From Octopus vulgaris (taxonomy: Eukaryota): a stretch of 64,000 bases of DNA. The position numbers and the translations under genes were made by a program. The notes under the pieces are model-generated. The model saw only the letters and a program-made list of their open reading frames with translations. It searched no databases and was not told where the DNA came from. Below are positions 1-12,380 of the stretch, piece by piece (position 1 is the first letter of the stretch; every line of letters begins with the position of its first letter). The stretch lies in the NCBI GenBank assembly GCA_951406725.2, contig OX597814.1, positions 16,430,001-16,494,000 of the forward strand. Reading direction: 5' to 3'.

Positions 1-593
1 TTTATCAATAAACAGGCTTTTATATTCGATATGTATTCGAATTTGGACAATTTCTATGTAACTTCTCAGTATATGGTAATGATTTGTTTTACATTTCCTA
101 GTATATAATATAAGTATTTATGTCGTCTCCGTTTGTTTATTTGATTTTCTATAAACGATTCGATCTTGAAATGTCGAAGTATCACGAACCGTTAATCCCT
201 TGATAGACAGACAACATTTGGATGTTTTAATTAAGTATATTTAGTATATAAGAAATATTACATCGATCCCAAATCGATTCGTGACTTTTATTTCGCTTTT
301 TTTTTTTCTCAATAGATGACGATGAATATATTAAATAGTCACGATTGAATATTGGCAGGCTCGTTGATGCTTCGAACAAAATAACTTTCAATATATAGTT
401 ACAATTTTGCGACCAACCTGAATTTCCCTTATTCCAGGGTCAGACGTACCACTCAGATAGTAAGTTTCGATATAAATGTTTTGTTCTCTTGCCTCTAATC
501 TCAGGTTTTATGCCTAATTTAGGAAGTAATTACAAGTATGCAAGAATAAACAGTTTCCAAGTTCACAAAAACACACACATATACGTATGGAGA

Positions 594-630
<37 letters not shown>

Positions 631-888
631 CATGTAGGCACATACACATTCATACACACACACATATATATATTTGTGTGTGTATGTGAATGTGTGAATG
701 TGTATATGTGTACATGCATATATATATATGTGATATATGCATATGTACATGCATATATATATATGTGATGATCACAAAGAACATGCATTTTTATATACAT
801 ATATATATATATATACACGTACACACATTCCCATTCACACACTCACACACACGCACACAGACACTCACACACACACACATATATATAT

Positions 889-1050
889 GACGGATTTTCA
901 CATAGTTACCGCCTATCGACTTCAATCGCAAAGCATTATTCGGCCCAGGGCTATAGTAGAAATTGATAGCCCAAGTTGCGGTGCAGTCGGACTGAACCCG
1001 AAACCACACAGTTGCAAAGTGAGCTTATTTAACCACGCAAGCCATGTCTC
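889..1050 (-). mobile_element. Degenerate 5' half of tRNA-derived SINE family A
   Basis: Reverse complement resembles the head of the better-preserved family A copies (e.g. 2545-2710). Confidence 0.6.
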
Positions 1051-2423
1051 TGACTTTATATCACAATTGTTCCGAATTAAATATCTAAGCAATACCTGTT
1101 ATCAGTCATTCTATTATTGCTGTCTACTTATTTTGTATCAACAATTGTTGAAAGCTTAATTATTTTCCACATTTGAAGAAAAAGATTTTCGGGGAATGCA
1201 AACATGTTTATGTTATGATATATACGTGTGTGAAGAGGGAGGGAATAACGAAAGATCTTCGGAAAATGTGATACATATAATTTATAACAGTTATTGATAA
1301 CTCTTTTAAAACGTAGATATAATAGTAGTGTTGTATAATAGTAGTGTTGTGTTAAACACAACACTACTATTATATCTGCATCTGAAAAATTCTGTAGCTG
1401 AAACAATGAACCGTGTTACTTTACTACTATGCAAAGTACGTTACGTAGCAACTGATCTTGTTAGAAATACTAGCCAAGTCTGTCTGAAATGATATGTGAC
1501 CAGCTTAAATAAGAAAAGGGCATGTTGAAAACATTTCTAAAACGGTGTGATGATCACAAAGAACATGCATTAAATTACTTGAAAAGGGCTGAACTGCAGT
1601 TTAATAATAATAATAATAAAAAGGCAACTGCTATACAACGGTGGATTTCTTCTGAACTTATATAGTTTTATTTTATATATATAATTATATTATGATTCAA
1701 AAAAGGAAGTACTTCATTATTTTTGAAAGTATCAAATTCAAAATAAATAAATAAACAAAGAAAGAAAAGAGAACATTGCAATGGTTAAAATTTACTAGCT
1801 GATATCATTAGAGATATCATTCTAGGAAAGAATGATAATAACCAAAAAGAAAAGAAAAAAGGGAGAAAAGAACAATAAATCCTTAATACCATGGATAAAC
1901 AAAATGACCCAATTTTTCTCCAAGAAAGAACCTACAGTTAAATAAGCGTCTTTAAAAAAAGGAAATTGTGGTTTGTTTAATATATTTCTAAATATACTGT
2001 GTGAAATAAAGAAAAAAGATCAGATTCCTCAAAATCAGGATGTTTTTGGCTAGTATTCTCTTTGATAAGAACCAAGCCTCGACGACGACAACAACAGCAA
2101 CAACAACAACAAATCAAATAAAGGGGGAACAGTTGAGAGGATGGGTAGACTAAAATATTGGATAAACAGTTGTTCTCTTGTTTTTAATCTCCAGCTAACC
2201 TTTAGCAGCATTCTACAAATGCATTTTACTCAAACACACCAGACAGAATAAGTATAACAATATTTTGTTTATCTCTTAACTCAAATCATTAGTACATTTT
2301 TAAATTTAATCTGATCACATGAAATTCAATGTTTAATCTCACTTCTCTTAAACTTTGAGATTTACGTAAGTATTGGCATTCGAGAATCTTGTATCGAGAA
2401 AAATATAAGACCGTGTACTAATA

Positions 2424-3048
2424 CAGTAATCCCTCGACTATTGCATGTGTTACGTTCCAAAACTCATTGTTATAGGTGAAAATCTGAGAAATAGTAAGAG
2501 TAGTGTACTGTATATTTTAAAAATTATTTATAAAATTTGTATGTAGGCGTAGGAATGGCTGTGTGGTAAGTAGCTTGCTTACGAACCACATGGTTCCGGG
2601 TTCAGTCCCACTATGTGGCATCTTGGGCAAGTGTCTTCTACTATAGCCTCGGGCCGACCAAAGCCTTGTGAGTGGATTTGGTAGAAGGAAACTGAAAGAA
2701 GCCCGTCGTATATATGTATATACATATATGTGTGTATGTGTGTGTGTGTATGTTTGTGTGTCTGTGTTTGTTCCCCCGACATCGCTTGACAACCGATGCT
2801 GGTGTGTTTACGTCAGGCAAAAGAGACCGATAGTGCAAGTGCTAGGCTTACAAAGAATAAGTCTTGGGTTCGATTTGCTCGACTAAAGGCGTTGCTCCAG
2901 CATCGTTACAGTCAAATGACTGAAAGAAGTAAAAGAGTAAAAGAGAGAATATATATTTTATTATAAATGCTTAACAACATGTAGGAATGGATATAAGTTT
3001 AAATAATAAATCGCGATAGGTGAACCGTGATATGGTGAGAGATTACCG
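2424..3048. mobile_element. Non-autonomous Tc1/mariner-superfamily (Tigger/pogo-like) MITE, interrupted by a SINE
   Basis: Imperfect TIRs CAGTAATCCCTCGACTAT and ATATGGTGAGAGATTACCG, with TA on both sides (2422-2423, 3049-3050). Confidence 0.65.
2545..2948 (+). mobile_element. tRNA-derived SINE family A, full length, with internal (TA)/(TG) microsatellite
   Basis: A-box-like TGGCTGTGTGG, B-box-like GGTTCAGTCCC, CORE-like TTGGGCAAGTGTC and tail GACTGAAA...GTAAAAGAG; multiple homologous copies in the window. Confidence 0.9.
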
Positions 3049-3059
3049 TAAAATCCTGA

Positions 3060-3240
3060 AATTTTGAGTGGAGGTGGGGCCAGTCGAGTTGAGCGATCCC
3101 AGTACAAAAATAAAATTAATTTATCGATTCTGAAAAGCAGAGTCGACCTCGGTAGAATTTGAACTCAGAACGTAGCAACGGGGAACATACCAATAATCAC
3201 TTCGTCCGGTGCGCTAACGTTTCTGCCAGCTTACCAACTT
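3060..3240 (-). mobile_element. Degenerate SINE family B copy
   Basis: GTCGACCTCGG...AATTTGAACTCAGAACGT...GCTAACGTTTCTGCCAGCT is the reverse complement of family B. Confidence 0.7.
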
Positions 3241-3514
3241 GGATTACTGTATAATGAATTAAAACAGTTAGTCGAAAATTTTCAACAGACTATACACAAT
3301 TTCCATGAAATTTGACCTTATTTATCGATATAAGAATGAATACAATGAAGAAAACGTATACTCTTTTGCCTTTCATCTAAACCCTCCCCAACGTTTCTGA
3401 ATGCCATTGCAATGACAACTTCTGCAAGATTTCATTTGTTTCCAATTTTTCTCTTGAATAACTATTGACAGCCGATCCACGCTATCCACTGAACCGAGTA
3501 AGATACAAATAAAG

Positions 3515-3551
<37 letters not shown>

Positions 3552-3795
3552 ATGGTTCACTCATTATAATGTGTGACCATCACCAATGTCAGCGTCATAA
3601 CTTTTGTTCTACACCTTATTGAAAATACTTGATGCATTCTCATGCAGTTGTTCAGTGAAGTTTTCTTTGATGGTTCGAAAGGAGCAAATATGCTTTTTGG
3701 TTAAATCACTTATAAACATATATTTACAAACCATACATATTCTTACACAAGCTAAAACACGAAGGAGCATACATACATACAGACATACATACATA

Positions 3796-3853
<58 letters not shown>

Positions 3854-4277
3854 TGTATGTGTATACACTGGCGAAAATAAATTTAAGACCGATGATAAAA
3901 GTTCTTACAAAATATTTTATTACAAACACCATACAAATTATTTATATTTTTCACACCTTATGCAGAATTTATTTCTCTTATAACTATTTTTATAGAACTC
4001 GAAGAATTCTAATGCTAAATTAATATAATCATTTCAAATTTACCGGCAAAATTAGTTTAAGACCGTAGGGGGTAAGTTGCTAGGTTGACCCAGGTTTATC
4101 CGATGGTTAATTATAATTGAGGAGAATCAGATTTATGGGACTACATACATTTAATAAACTGAGCAAATGATGAGTAGAACCTATGTTTACAAGAGAGTAT
4201 AGCGACTGAGAATCTATTAAGCAATGAGGCGTTGTGGTTGCGAAGGATTGTTAGCGCTTCCCTTAAACACAATTTTC

Positions 4278-4310
<33 letters not shown>

Positions 4311-4369
4311 CGTATGTATGTTTGTATATATTTATGTATAAATATAACCTACGAGCCTATCCCTCACTT

Positions 4370-4545
4370 TCTATTCAACTCCCTCTATTCAATAGGCTTT
4401 TCCAAATGACTTCATGAATCTGGACAAGGCGGTCGTGGACATTCTCCTATCAATGATACCAGATAAATCTAACTTTCGGCATAAAGTTCCAAATGAGGGT
4501 AGCGGTGTCCAGCACGTCTATACACCAAATGATCCAAAAACCATG
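4370..4545 (+). mobile_element. 3' end fragment of a CR1/Jockey-group LINE ORF2
   Basis: Frameshifted translation ~LFNRL..VDILLSMIPDK..QMRVAVSSTSIHQM, similar to the fragment at 27230-27480. Confidence 0.4.
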
Positions 4546-4781
4546 AAAAAGCAACGTATAGTCTTGGTGCTATCAAATCTCACCAACATGAATAAACCAA
4601 TCATAAGAGACGGTCCGCAGAAGGGCTACAAATGTAGAGTGGTGTCACACCTCGGTTGCATGCTTGAAACGAAAAGAGATTAAAAGAACATATACATATA
4701 TGTATGCTCGAACATACGCACACAAAACAAACACAAACGCGCGCGCAAACAGACATATATATATATATGTCAAGTTGTGTG

Positions 4782-5181
4782 TCTATATATATATATAAAA
4801 GTCAAGTTGTGTGTCTGTCTCCTACGATTAAGATTCCTAACTACTCTCACATTTTGCAGTGCAGTTTAACCAAAACAGGGTATCTTATAGTCGTGATTCA
4901 TATCGAGCCCTTCTGGGTATTAGCGCGCGTCTACGATGAGTCTACGATTTAAAAAAAAATTTACCATCATTCTTTTCCATTTTAATGCATTTGTTTCGCT
5001 ATTATATAAAGGAAGTAACTCTCTAAAATGTCTACGATGAGTCAACGATTTAAAAAAAAAATTACCATCATTTTTTTCCATTTTTAATGCATTTTTGGGT
5101 ATTTTGGGGCTATAACTCTCTAATAATGCTTATATAGTTATTTCCCTAACAAACCCGAGCAATGCCGGGCGATACTGCTAG
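4782..5181 (+). mobile_element. Non-autonomous Helitron
   Basis: 5' TCTATATA..., subterminal hairpin CCCGAGCAATGCCGGG, 3' CTAG followed by T; homologous to 22188-22588. Confidence 0.85.
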
Positions 5182-5225
<44 letters not shown>

Positions 5226-5463
5226 CAAACACGCACAAGTATGAACACGCTCATATATGTTTTGAGTGAACTACCTGTCATATTAATATATATGTTTTGG
5301 AATCGTGTCTGGTATGTAATCTACGCTTATTTAGTGTAGTGATTGTGCAGACATAACTTCTGATGTGTTTTAGTTTTATTTTTAATAAAAATGTTTTCAT
5401 TTTTAAGTGTGTAATACATATACATATCTAGAGAATTTATGCATACATACATACATACATACA

Positions 5464-5523
<60 letters not shown>

Positions 5524-5524
<1 letters not shown>

Positions 5525-5660
5525 TTTATTTTAAGCAGCAGAAAATTCAACAAAATCTGTTACTCTGAGTTTCTCATTGCTAGCAAAAACTGTCTGATGA
5601 ACGGCAATGAGAAACTCAGAGTAACAGATTTTGTTGAATTTTCTGCTGCTTAAAATAAAG
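5524..5660. repeat. Perfect 57-bp inverted repeat with 23-nt spacer (probable inverted Penelope pseudo-LTR junction)
   Basis: 5524-5580 is the exact reverse complement of 5604-5660; embedded in (TA)n. Confidence 0.95.
5590..5627 (+). ncRNA. Minimal type I hammerhead ribozyme-like motif
   Basis: CTGT-CTGATGA-(ACG GCAA TGA)-GAAA-CTCAGAG-TA-ACAG: both core boxes intact, stem I CTGT/ACAG, near-palindromic stem III, weak stem II. Confidence 0.7.
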
Positions 5661-5735
5661 CATATTACTCTACCACTGGTATTTGAGTACCCTTTTTTCC
5701 ACCTTGTTTCACATTTATGTGTTTACTCCGGTATA

Positions 5736-5767
<32 letters not shown>

Positions 5768-6273
5768 CATATATATATATATAAATATATATTTATACAT
5801 ATATATATACATATATGTATATATATGTATATTTATATGTATATAGATATATATTTATATGTATATATATATAGAAGTATATATATATATATGTATATAT
5901 GTGTATATATATTTATATATCTATCTATCTATCAATCTATATATATATATATATATACACATTTCTATGTCCATATATCTATATGCAAGTGTGTTTCTAG
6001 TGTGTATGTATGTATGTATAACGTACATACCTATCTCTCACTAACTTCTCTCTCTCTATCTATTAGTATATGTCTATCTGTCTGCTTCTGTTCTGCCAAC
6101 TCATAAATATGTACAAGTGTATATGCACAGACACACACACACACACATATGTGTGCGTGTGCACACATATATATATATATGTATATGTACGTATATATAT
6201 GTGTATATATATATATGTATATGTATATATATAGGAATATACATATACACACAAACACGCAATGACATATATA

Positions 6274-6326
<53 letters not shown>

Positions 6327-6492
6327 TTTCATATATATACGTAGCTCTATTTGTTGGCGTTCACGTGCAGTTATTCGAAGCTTCTATGAGAGTGCTAAAC
6401 GTATTTTTTTTCCATTCTTCTTTTTTTCTAAAGGCATTTAAAGCTTAGTTTTCCACGAAATTCTATCATCAATTCTCTGCTCTATTTCACGT

Positions 6493-6586
6493 ATGAACTT
6501 TCCAATCTTCCAAATGATTATCGCTTGGCCAATTCTTTGTATCATGAACTTATACGGAAGCACCAGCAACAAAGACAGAATTATTT
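6493..6586 (+). CDS. Candidate first coding exon (exon 6434-6586) encoding a signal-peptide-like N-terminus; unidentified
   Basis: Long polypyrimidine tract with AG at 6432-6433, GTAAGT donor at 6587; [31 protein letters not shown] ends in phase 1 with an upstream in-frame stop. No homology recognised. Confidence 0.3.
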
Positions 6587-6638
6587 GTAAGTTATGAAAG
6601 TGCACGGTTGAGAAAAGAAAACAAAAATATAGAAAATA

Positions 6639-6641
<3 letters not shown>

Positions 6642-6677
<36 letters not shown>

Positions 6678-6687
6678 TATATATGAA

Positions 6688-6723
<36 letters not shown>

Positions 6724-6732
6724 ATATATGAA

Positions 6733-6831
<99 letters not shown>

Positions 6832-6957
6832 TTATATATATGTATGTATATATTTGTATATAAACATATACAGAGATATACATATATATAACATATTAAT
6901 ATATATGCGTGTGTGTTTGTGTGTGTATATGTATATAGTATCTATGTATATAGTATC

Positions 6958-7010
<53 letters not shown>
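6642..7010. repeat. Long interrupted (TA)n microsatellite, representative of many in the window (e.g. 5732-6308, 23872-24125, 25372-25520, 31922-32190, 59412-59953)
   Basis: Direct inspection. Confidence 0.95.
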
Positions 7011-7013
<3 letters not shown>

Positions 7014-7389
7014 ATATATATATAATTTCCTTTTTAATATCCGGCAGAAGTTACGATGTTATGTAAGGGCCAGAATTTCGTATGTTCTCACATGCTTTTA
7101 CCAATGAAACTGCTAACTACAAAAATTCTGTATTGAGGTTCTGCCTAAATGTCTTTCTCTCTGCTGGTAGAATAGTTATTATGTTATATAAAGCGTATCT
7201 TCATCCACTCTAATACATGCGGTTGTACTTCATATAAGTATAAGTATGTGTATATAGATATATATGACCAAAACACCCTCCGTCCAATGGACGGTGCTCA
7301 GTTGTCAAACATTTAAACCAAATTTTCTCAAAACAACTTGTCCCGCCGTCCCATAAGCCTCCCCTTTGAGAAACACTGATTTAATCTAA

Positions 7390-7696
7390 ATTTGGGACAC
7401 AAACAAAAGAAGAAATAAAGATAGACTTTTTTCTATTCCAAAGAAAAACAATTTTATTCACAGAACCCGTAGTACCGATTGCAACTGCTGACGTACTTAC
7501 GCGTACAAATGCACGTCACCACGGCTTTATCGATCGCATTCTTACCTGGAATCGATTTTTGTAATTTTTTCAAGACTTCTATATGCCCTAATACCGTCGG
7601 CATCTACATATCAAATTTCAGCGCAATCGGATGGAGGATGCCCGAGATCCTAGAAAGCATACACACAGATAGACAGAAAGGATTTTATATAATAGA
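7390..7696 (-). mobile_element. Helitron-like non-autonomous element, 5' end (second family)
   Basis: Minus strand begins A|TCTATTATATAAAATCC followed by short CTGT-type repeats; no 3' CTAG end located. Confidence 0.5.
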
Positions 7697-7715
7697 TATA
7701 CATACATTCACACAC

Positions 7716-7780
<65 letters not shown>

Positions 7781-7786
7781 CTGGCT

Positions 7787-8183
7787 CTCCGTCAGTTACG
7801 ACAACAAAGGTTCCAGTTGTACTCGTCAACAGAACAGCCTGCTCATGATATGTAATTTAATTAAATTAGAACAGATGGACACATTAGTATACATGTTAAG
7901 GAGATAGACAGACACGTGTACCCATCACATAGTCCTAGGGAAGAATCAGCGTGACACAGAGTGAGAAAAGGCTGCCTCATTGAAATACAGGTACAACAGA
8001 AACAGGAAGAAAGATTGAGAGAAACTGTGGTGAAAGAGTACAGCAGGTTCGCCACCGCTGGAGCCTCGTGGAGCTCATGGTGTTTTCGCTCAATAAATAC
8101 TCACGACGCCTGGTCTGCGAATCGAAACCAAGATCCTCCGACCGCGAGTCCGCTGCCCTAACCACAGGGCCATTGCACCTCCA
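7787..8183 (-). mobile_element. tRNA-derived SINE family C
   Basis: Minus-strand head GGAGGTGCAATGGCCCTGTGGTTAGGGCAGCGGACTCGCGGTC...TTTCGATTC; homologous to 32209-32545 and shares its 3' half with 35145-35463. Confidence 0.85.
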
Positions 8184-8404
8184 CACAATCGCGCGCGCAC
8201 ACACACACACACGCGCCCACACATATATATTTGAAAAGATTTGTAGGAAAAGATTTTGCAGGAAAAAGGAAAGTAAACTATGAATGTTAATCTTAATTTT
8301 AATTTTGATTTTTTAGTAGTTCTACTCTCTTTACATATTCCATTTTAGTACATATTTTTGATCAGATTTTTCAAAAACTGAAACATGGTCAAGGAAAATT
8401 AATA

Positions 8405-8569
8405 TAGGCGCTGGAATGGCTGTGAGGTAAATAGCTTGCTAACCAACCACATAGTTCCGGGTTCAGTCCCAATGCGTGGCATCTTGGGCAAGTGTCTTCT
8501 GCTATAGCCCCGGGCCAACCAATGCCTTGTGAGTGGATTTGGTAGACGGAAACTGAAAGAAGCCTGTCG

Positions 8570-8600
<31 letters not shown>

Positions 8601-8810
8601 TTGTGTGTCTGTGTTTGTCCCCCTAGCATTGCTTGACAACCGATGCTGGTGTGTTTACGTCCCCGTCTCATAGCGGTTCGGCAAAAGAGACTGATAGAAT
8701 AAGTACTGGGCTTACAAAGAATAAATCCCGGGGTCGATTTGCTCGACTAAAGGTGGTGCTCCAGCATGGCCGCAGTCAAATGACTGAAACAAGTAAAAAA
8801 GAGTAAAGAG
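8405..8810 (+). mobile_element. SINE family A, full length
   Basis: Collinear with 2545-2948. Confidence 0.9.
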
Positions 8811-8934
8811 TATGTATCCAAAGTTAAGAAAGTAACGCTTTATTTTCGTTCTTGTTTTTCATATTTATATTGAACCAAAATTTGAAACCATTATATATAA
8901 TAGTGTTAATTTTACACCCATTCTGTAACTTACG

Positions 8935-9520
8935 AGGTGATGCTCGCAGTCTTTTGGGACCAGCGCGGAGTAGCAATAACGCGTTTTCTGGCAACGTGCA
9001 CCACAATTAACGGGGTATATTATAATTCTCTATTTTAAAATTTATGCGACACCATCAAAGCAGAGAGGCGTGGCATGCTGGCCAAAGGAGACGCCTCCTT
9101 CAAGACAACGCCCCAGTTCACAACGTACATGCTGTCCAGATGAAAGCACATTCCTGCGGCTATAAAATCCTCTCGAGCTGGCAGAAACGTTAGCACGCCG
9201 GGCGAAATGCGTAGCCGTATTTCGTCTGCCGTTACGTTCTGAGTTCAAATTCCGCCGAGGTCGACTTTGCCTTTCATCCTTTCGGGGTCGATTAAATAAG
9301 TACCAGTTACGCACTGGGGTCGATATCATCGACTTAATCCTTTTGTCTGTCCTTGTTTGTCCCCTCTGTGTTTAGCCCCTTGTGGGTAGTAAAGAAATAT
9401 ATAAAATCCTCTCAACCTCATACCATCTGACTTTCATCTCTTTCCAACCATGAAGTGTTTTTTGAAGGTGAAGCACTTTTCGAATGCTGGTAAACTTATT
9501 TCCTAGTTGCGTAAAGCAAC
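8935..9520 (+). mobile_element. Mariner (DD34D-type) transposase relic, interrupted by a SINE B insertion
   Basis: Translates across frameshifts as VMLAVFWDQRGV..TTINGVYY..RRGMLAKG..LLQDNAPVH..CGYKIL [SINE] ..PSDFHLFPTMK. Confidence 0.8.
9175..9399 (+). mobile_element. SINE family B (MetaSINE-like core) with 14-bp TSD
   Basis: B-box GAGTTCAAATTCC, core GCCTTTCATCCTTTCGGGGTCGATTAAATAAGTACCAG; TSD TATAAAATCCTCTC at 9161-9174 and 9400-9413. Confidence 0.92.
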
Positions 9521-10117
9521 GTGAGAAGTGTGACACCACTGATGGTGGCTATGTAGAGAAGGACTAATTATTATACCAAGTTAGGTTTATCCCCGTCCTT
9601 TAGAAGCGGGTCAGGGAAAATGAACACCCCTCGTACTATCGAACTAACAGTATATTTTCATATATCAACATATATGCAATATTGTGATTGTTTCTTAGAT
9701 GTATGCTTGAATAATTCAAGAGAGGAAATTGCGATATTATGTCATCTAGATTTGTTTTAATCTGCAATGTTTCTTATACTACTTAGAATATCAAATAATA
9801 TTCAATATGAATTACATTTATTGTACTGATGGCGTTGTAATATGGATAAGATGTCGGACAAAAAAATTATGTTCAATGTTCTAGATATTTACATTCTGTG
9901 TTCAAATCCTGCTGTAGTCAAACTAATTTTTCTACATTCAAGGTAGATCAAAATAAGTAACAGTCAAGTACTAGATACCATGCGACCAACAGTTTTCGAC
10001 CCAAATATTATGGCCTAGATTTTTAGTTAGTAACAAGGATAAATGTAGGAATATTATTATTTAATAATGATATATTATTTGCATCTGACGGATATTTGTC
10101 CTCATCTTGCTTGTTGT

Positions 10118-10165
10118 TAACACAACGCTTCGGCTGATATACCCGCCAGCCTTCATCAGGAATCT
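10118..10165 (-). ncRNA. Degenerate hammerhead ribozyme-like motif (Penelope pLTR-type)
   Basis: Minus strand CTGATGA-A-GGCTG...CAGCC-GAAG-CGTT: 5-bp stem II intact, GAAA mutated to GAAG, stem I eroded. Confidence 0.55.
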
Positions 10166-10177
10166 TCGGGAAATTTC

Positions 10178-10232
<55 letters not shown>

Positions 10233-10259
10233 GCTGTTGTTGTTGTTGTTGTTGTTATT

Positions 10260-10813
10260 GAGTGAGAGAGAAGTTCATGCCATCAAAGTGACATTGGGGT
10301 AAAATATATGAAGCCTAATACACCCATCGTGACTACCCGTCTGATAAGGGTACACCAGGTACATGCATCTTAACTACATGTGCGCGACATGGTGATCTCA
10401 TATCAAGATAAACAGCGAATGACCTTGCAGGTGGGGCCCAATTAAAATTTCTTTCAGGTCGAGTAGCCCATCCTGCTCAAAAGGTCCCTGAATAAGGGTT
10501 GTTTAAAGATGTTGAACGAAAGACCCATGTTTACAAAGGTGAATTTTTCAAGCCCCAAAGAATTCCTCTCAACACACTTCTATGATGCTCCCCACTCCTT
10601 CTGCTCGTGATCAGAGATGCATATATTATCAGCCACTATGGGACATGCTCAACTGGCTAAGGTCAAACAACAGACAAGCAAATCTGAAGTACTGAGCAGA
10701 ATATTTGCTGTAGGCCATCTTTTTACCAAGATAAAACAATGTAGACGATAACACTTCCAGTCAGTTAAGATTAGAAGCCATGGGAGCCACTGCCTGATAC
10801 TACATCAGGGCAT
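10260..10813 (-). mobile_element. Unclassified ~555-bp non-coding retroposon bounded by (TAA)n-type repeats
   Basis: Same ends as the copy at 39479-40037; a 5'-truncated copy with TSD lies at 37454-37675. Confidence 0.8.
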
Positions 10814-10869
10814 TTATTATTATTATTGTTATTATTATTATTATCATTATTATTATTATTATTATTATT

Positions 10870-12380
10870 GCCTTTACACAGCTTCTAACGCTGATGTACT
10901 ACAGTGTCAGCTGTTTACTACCAGTGAACTAAGGTAACACCTCTTATTTTTCGATCACCTTCCGGAGTATTCGAGCGGTTCCAAGCAGTGCTGTTTTCTG
11001 TAAGTGCTCCACCTTATTGCAGCCTCTATTTGTTTCACGTACTTCTCGAAATTTTTGCTCACTTTTCCCAGGCCTCCGACAACTACTGATACAACTGCTT
11101 AATCTCTCAAGATAACTTATAATATCTGTCGACTTTTCTTTCTTATCGAATACCTCGTTGTCAGCTGGGCATGCTATATCTATGAACCGGCATAGTTTGT
11201 ATTTTTTCTCAATTAAGACTATGTCCGGCTTCCTGTCTCTATCTCATGGTTGCACTGAATCATAAAATCCCATAGGATCTTTGCATTTCTATTTTTGACG
11301 ATGACTTCAGGTTTGTGGTCGTACCAATTCTTGACTCTGTCATGTTCATACTTGTTGCAGAGTTTCCAATGGGCAAGCCTGGCGATATTGTCGTGGCGTC
11401 TCTTATATTACTTCTGGGCTAGTGGCGTACATTGGCTGTTAATATGCCATACGGCTTCCCCGTTTTGTCCACAGATTCTGCACGTATCACTTCTGATGTG
11501 TTGTCTATTCTATATTTTATGTAGTTTGTTCTTAATGCTTGCTCTTAATGCAGCACAGATTAGAGCCTCCTTTTCTGGTTTTAAATCACTTTTATTCATC
11601 CACAGTCATCTTTTTTCTCTGTCTGTCTTATTTTTAACATTTGTATGAAATTGTCCATGCATTCTTTTCTTTACCCACCTATTTTCACTTTCATTCGTTT
11701 TAAATTTCTTGTATGGTGTTTTATCTTTGCAATATTTCATACTACAGAGGCTTGATCTTCTTAATTCTAATAATACCGTTTTTGAGGCATTTTTACATAC
11801 CATGCTATGTTTTATTCTGCTCTAATGATGTGTTCGCATCCAATCAATCCTCTTCCCCTCTTGGTACATAAAGTCTGTCTGTGTCACTTTTGGTGTGGAG
11901 TGACCCATATCTAGTTAGCAACATCCTTTACTTTCTGTCTAAACTATTTAGTATGTCTACTGTCCATGCGATTACCCTTGCTCCATATCTAAGAACTGAA
12001 ACCACCCAGGAGTTGATAGCTTCGATCATATTCCGTCCATTTAATTTCGACTTAAGGACCAGTCTCAGTCTGCGCAAGTACTCCACCTTAAATTTTTCTG
12101 TCATTTCTTTCTCCATCAATTTATCCATTTCCAAAATTCCCAAGTGCTTATAGCCAGTCTCTTCTATCTGCTTCATAACCTCCCCCGACGGTATCGTTAG
12201 CCCGACCATACATTTGATTTTGCTTCTCTTCAAGACTAGCACACCACGTTTTCTCACTCCGAACTATATTCTGATATCAGCACTAAGGGTATACACCGTA
12301 TCAACGACGGAACTGACTTGGGCTTTATCTTTACCATAAAATTTTAGGTTATCCATGAATAACAAATGGTTGACTTTTTG
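10870..12380 (-). mobile_element. R4/Dong-clade non-LTR retrotransposon, 5'-truncated and decayed (RT C-terminus, CCHC knuckle, RLE endonuclease)
   Basis: VNHLLFMDNLK, YKHLGILE, LKSKLNGRN..AINSWVVSVLRYG, CRICGQ..VWHINSQC, PDIVL..IDIACP; 3' end abuts (AAT)n. Confidence 0.9.

Noticed and set aside
1547-1592. Possible C/D-box snoRNA (GTGATGA...CTGA)
   Set aside because: Only about 46 nt, with no terminal stem and no recognisable guide sequence.
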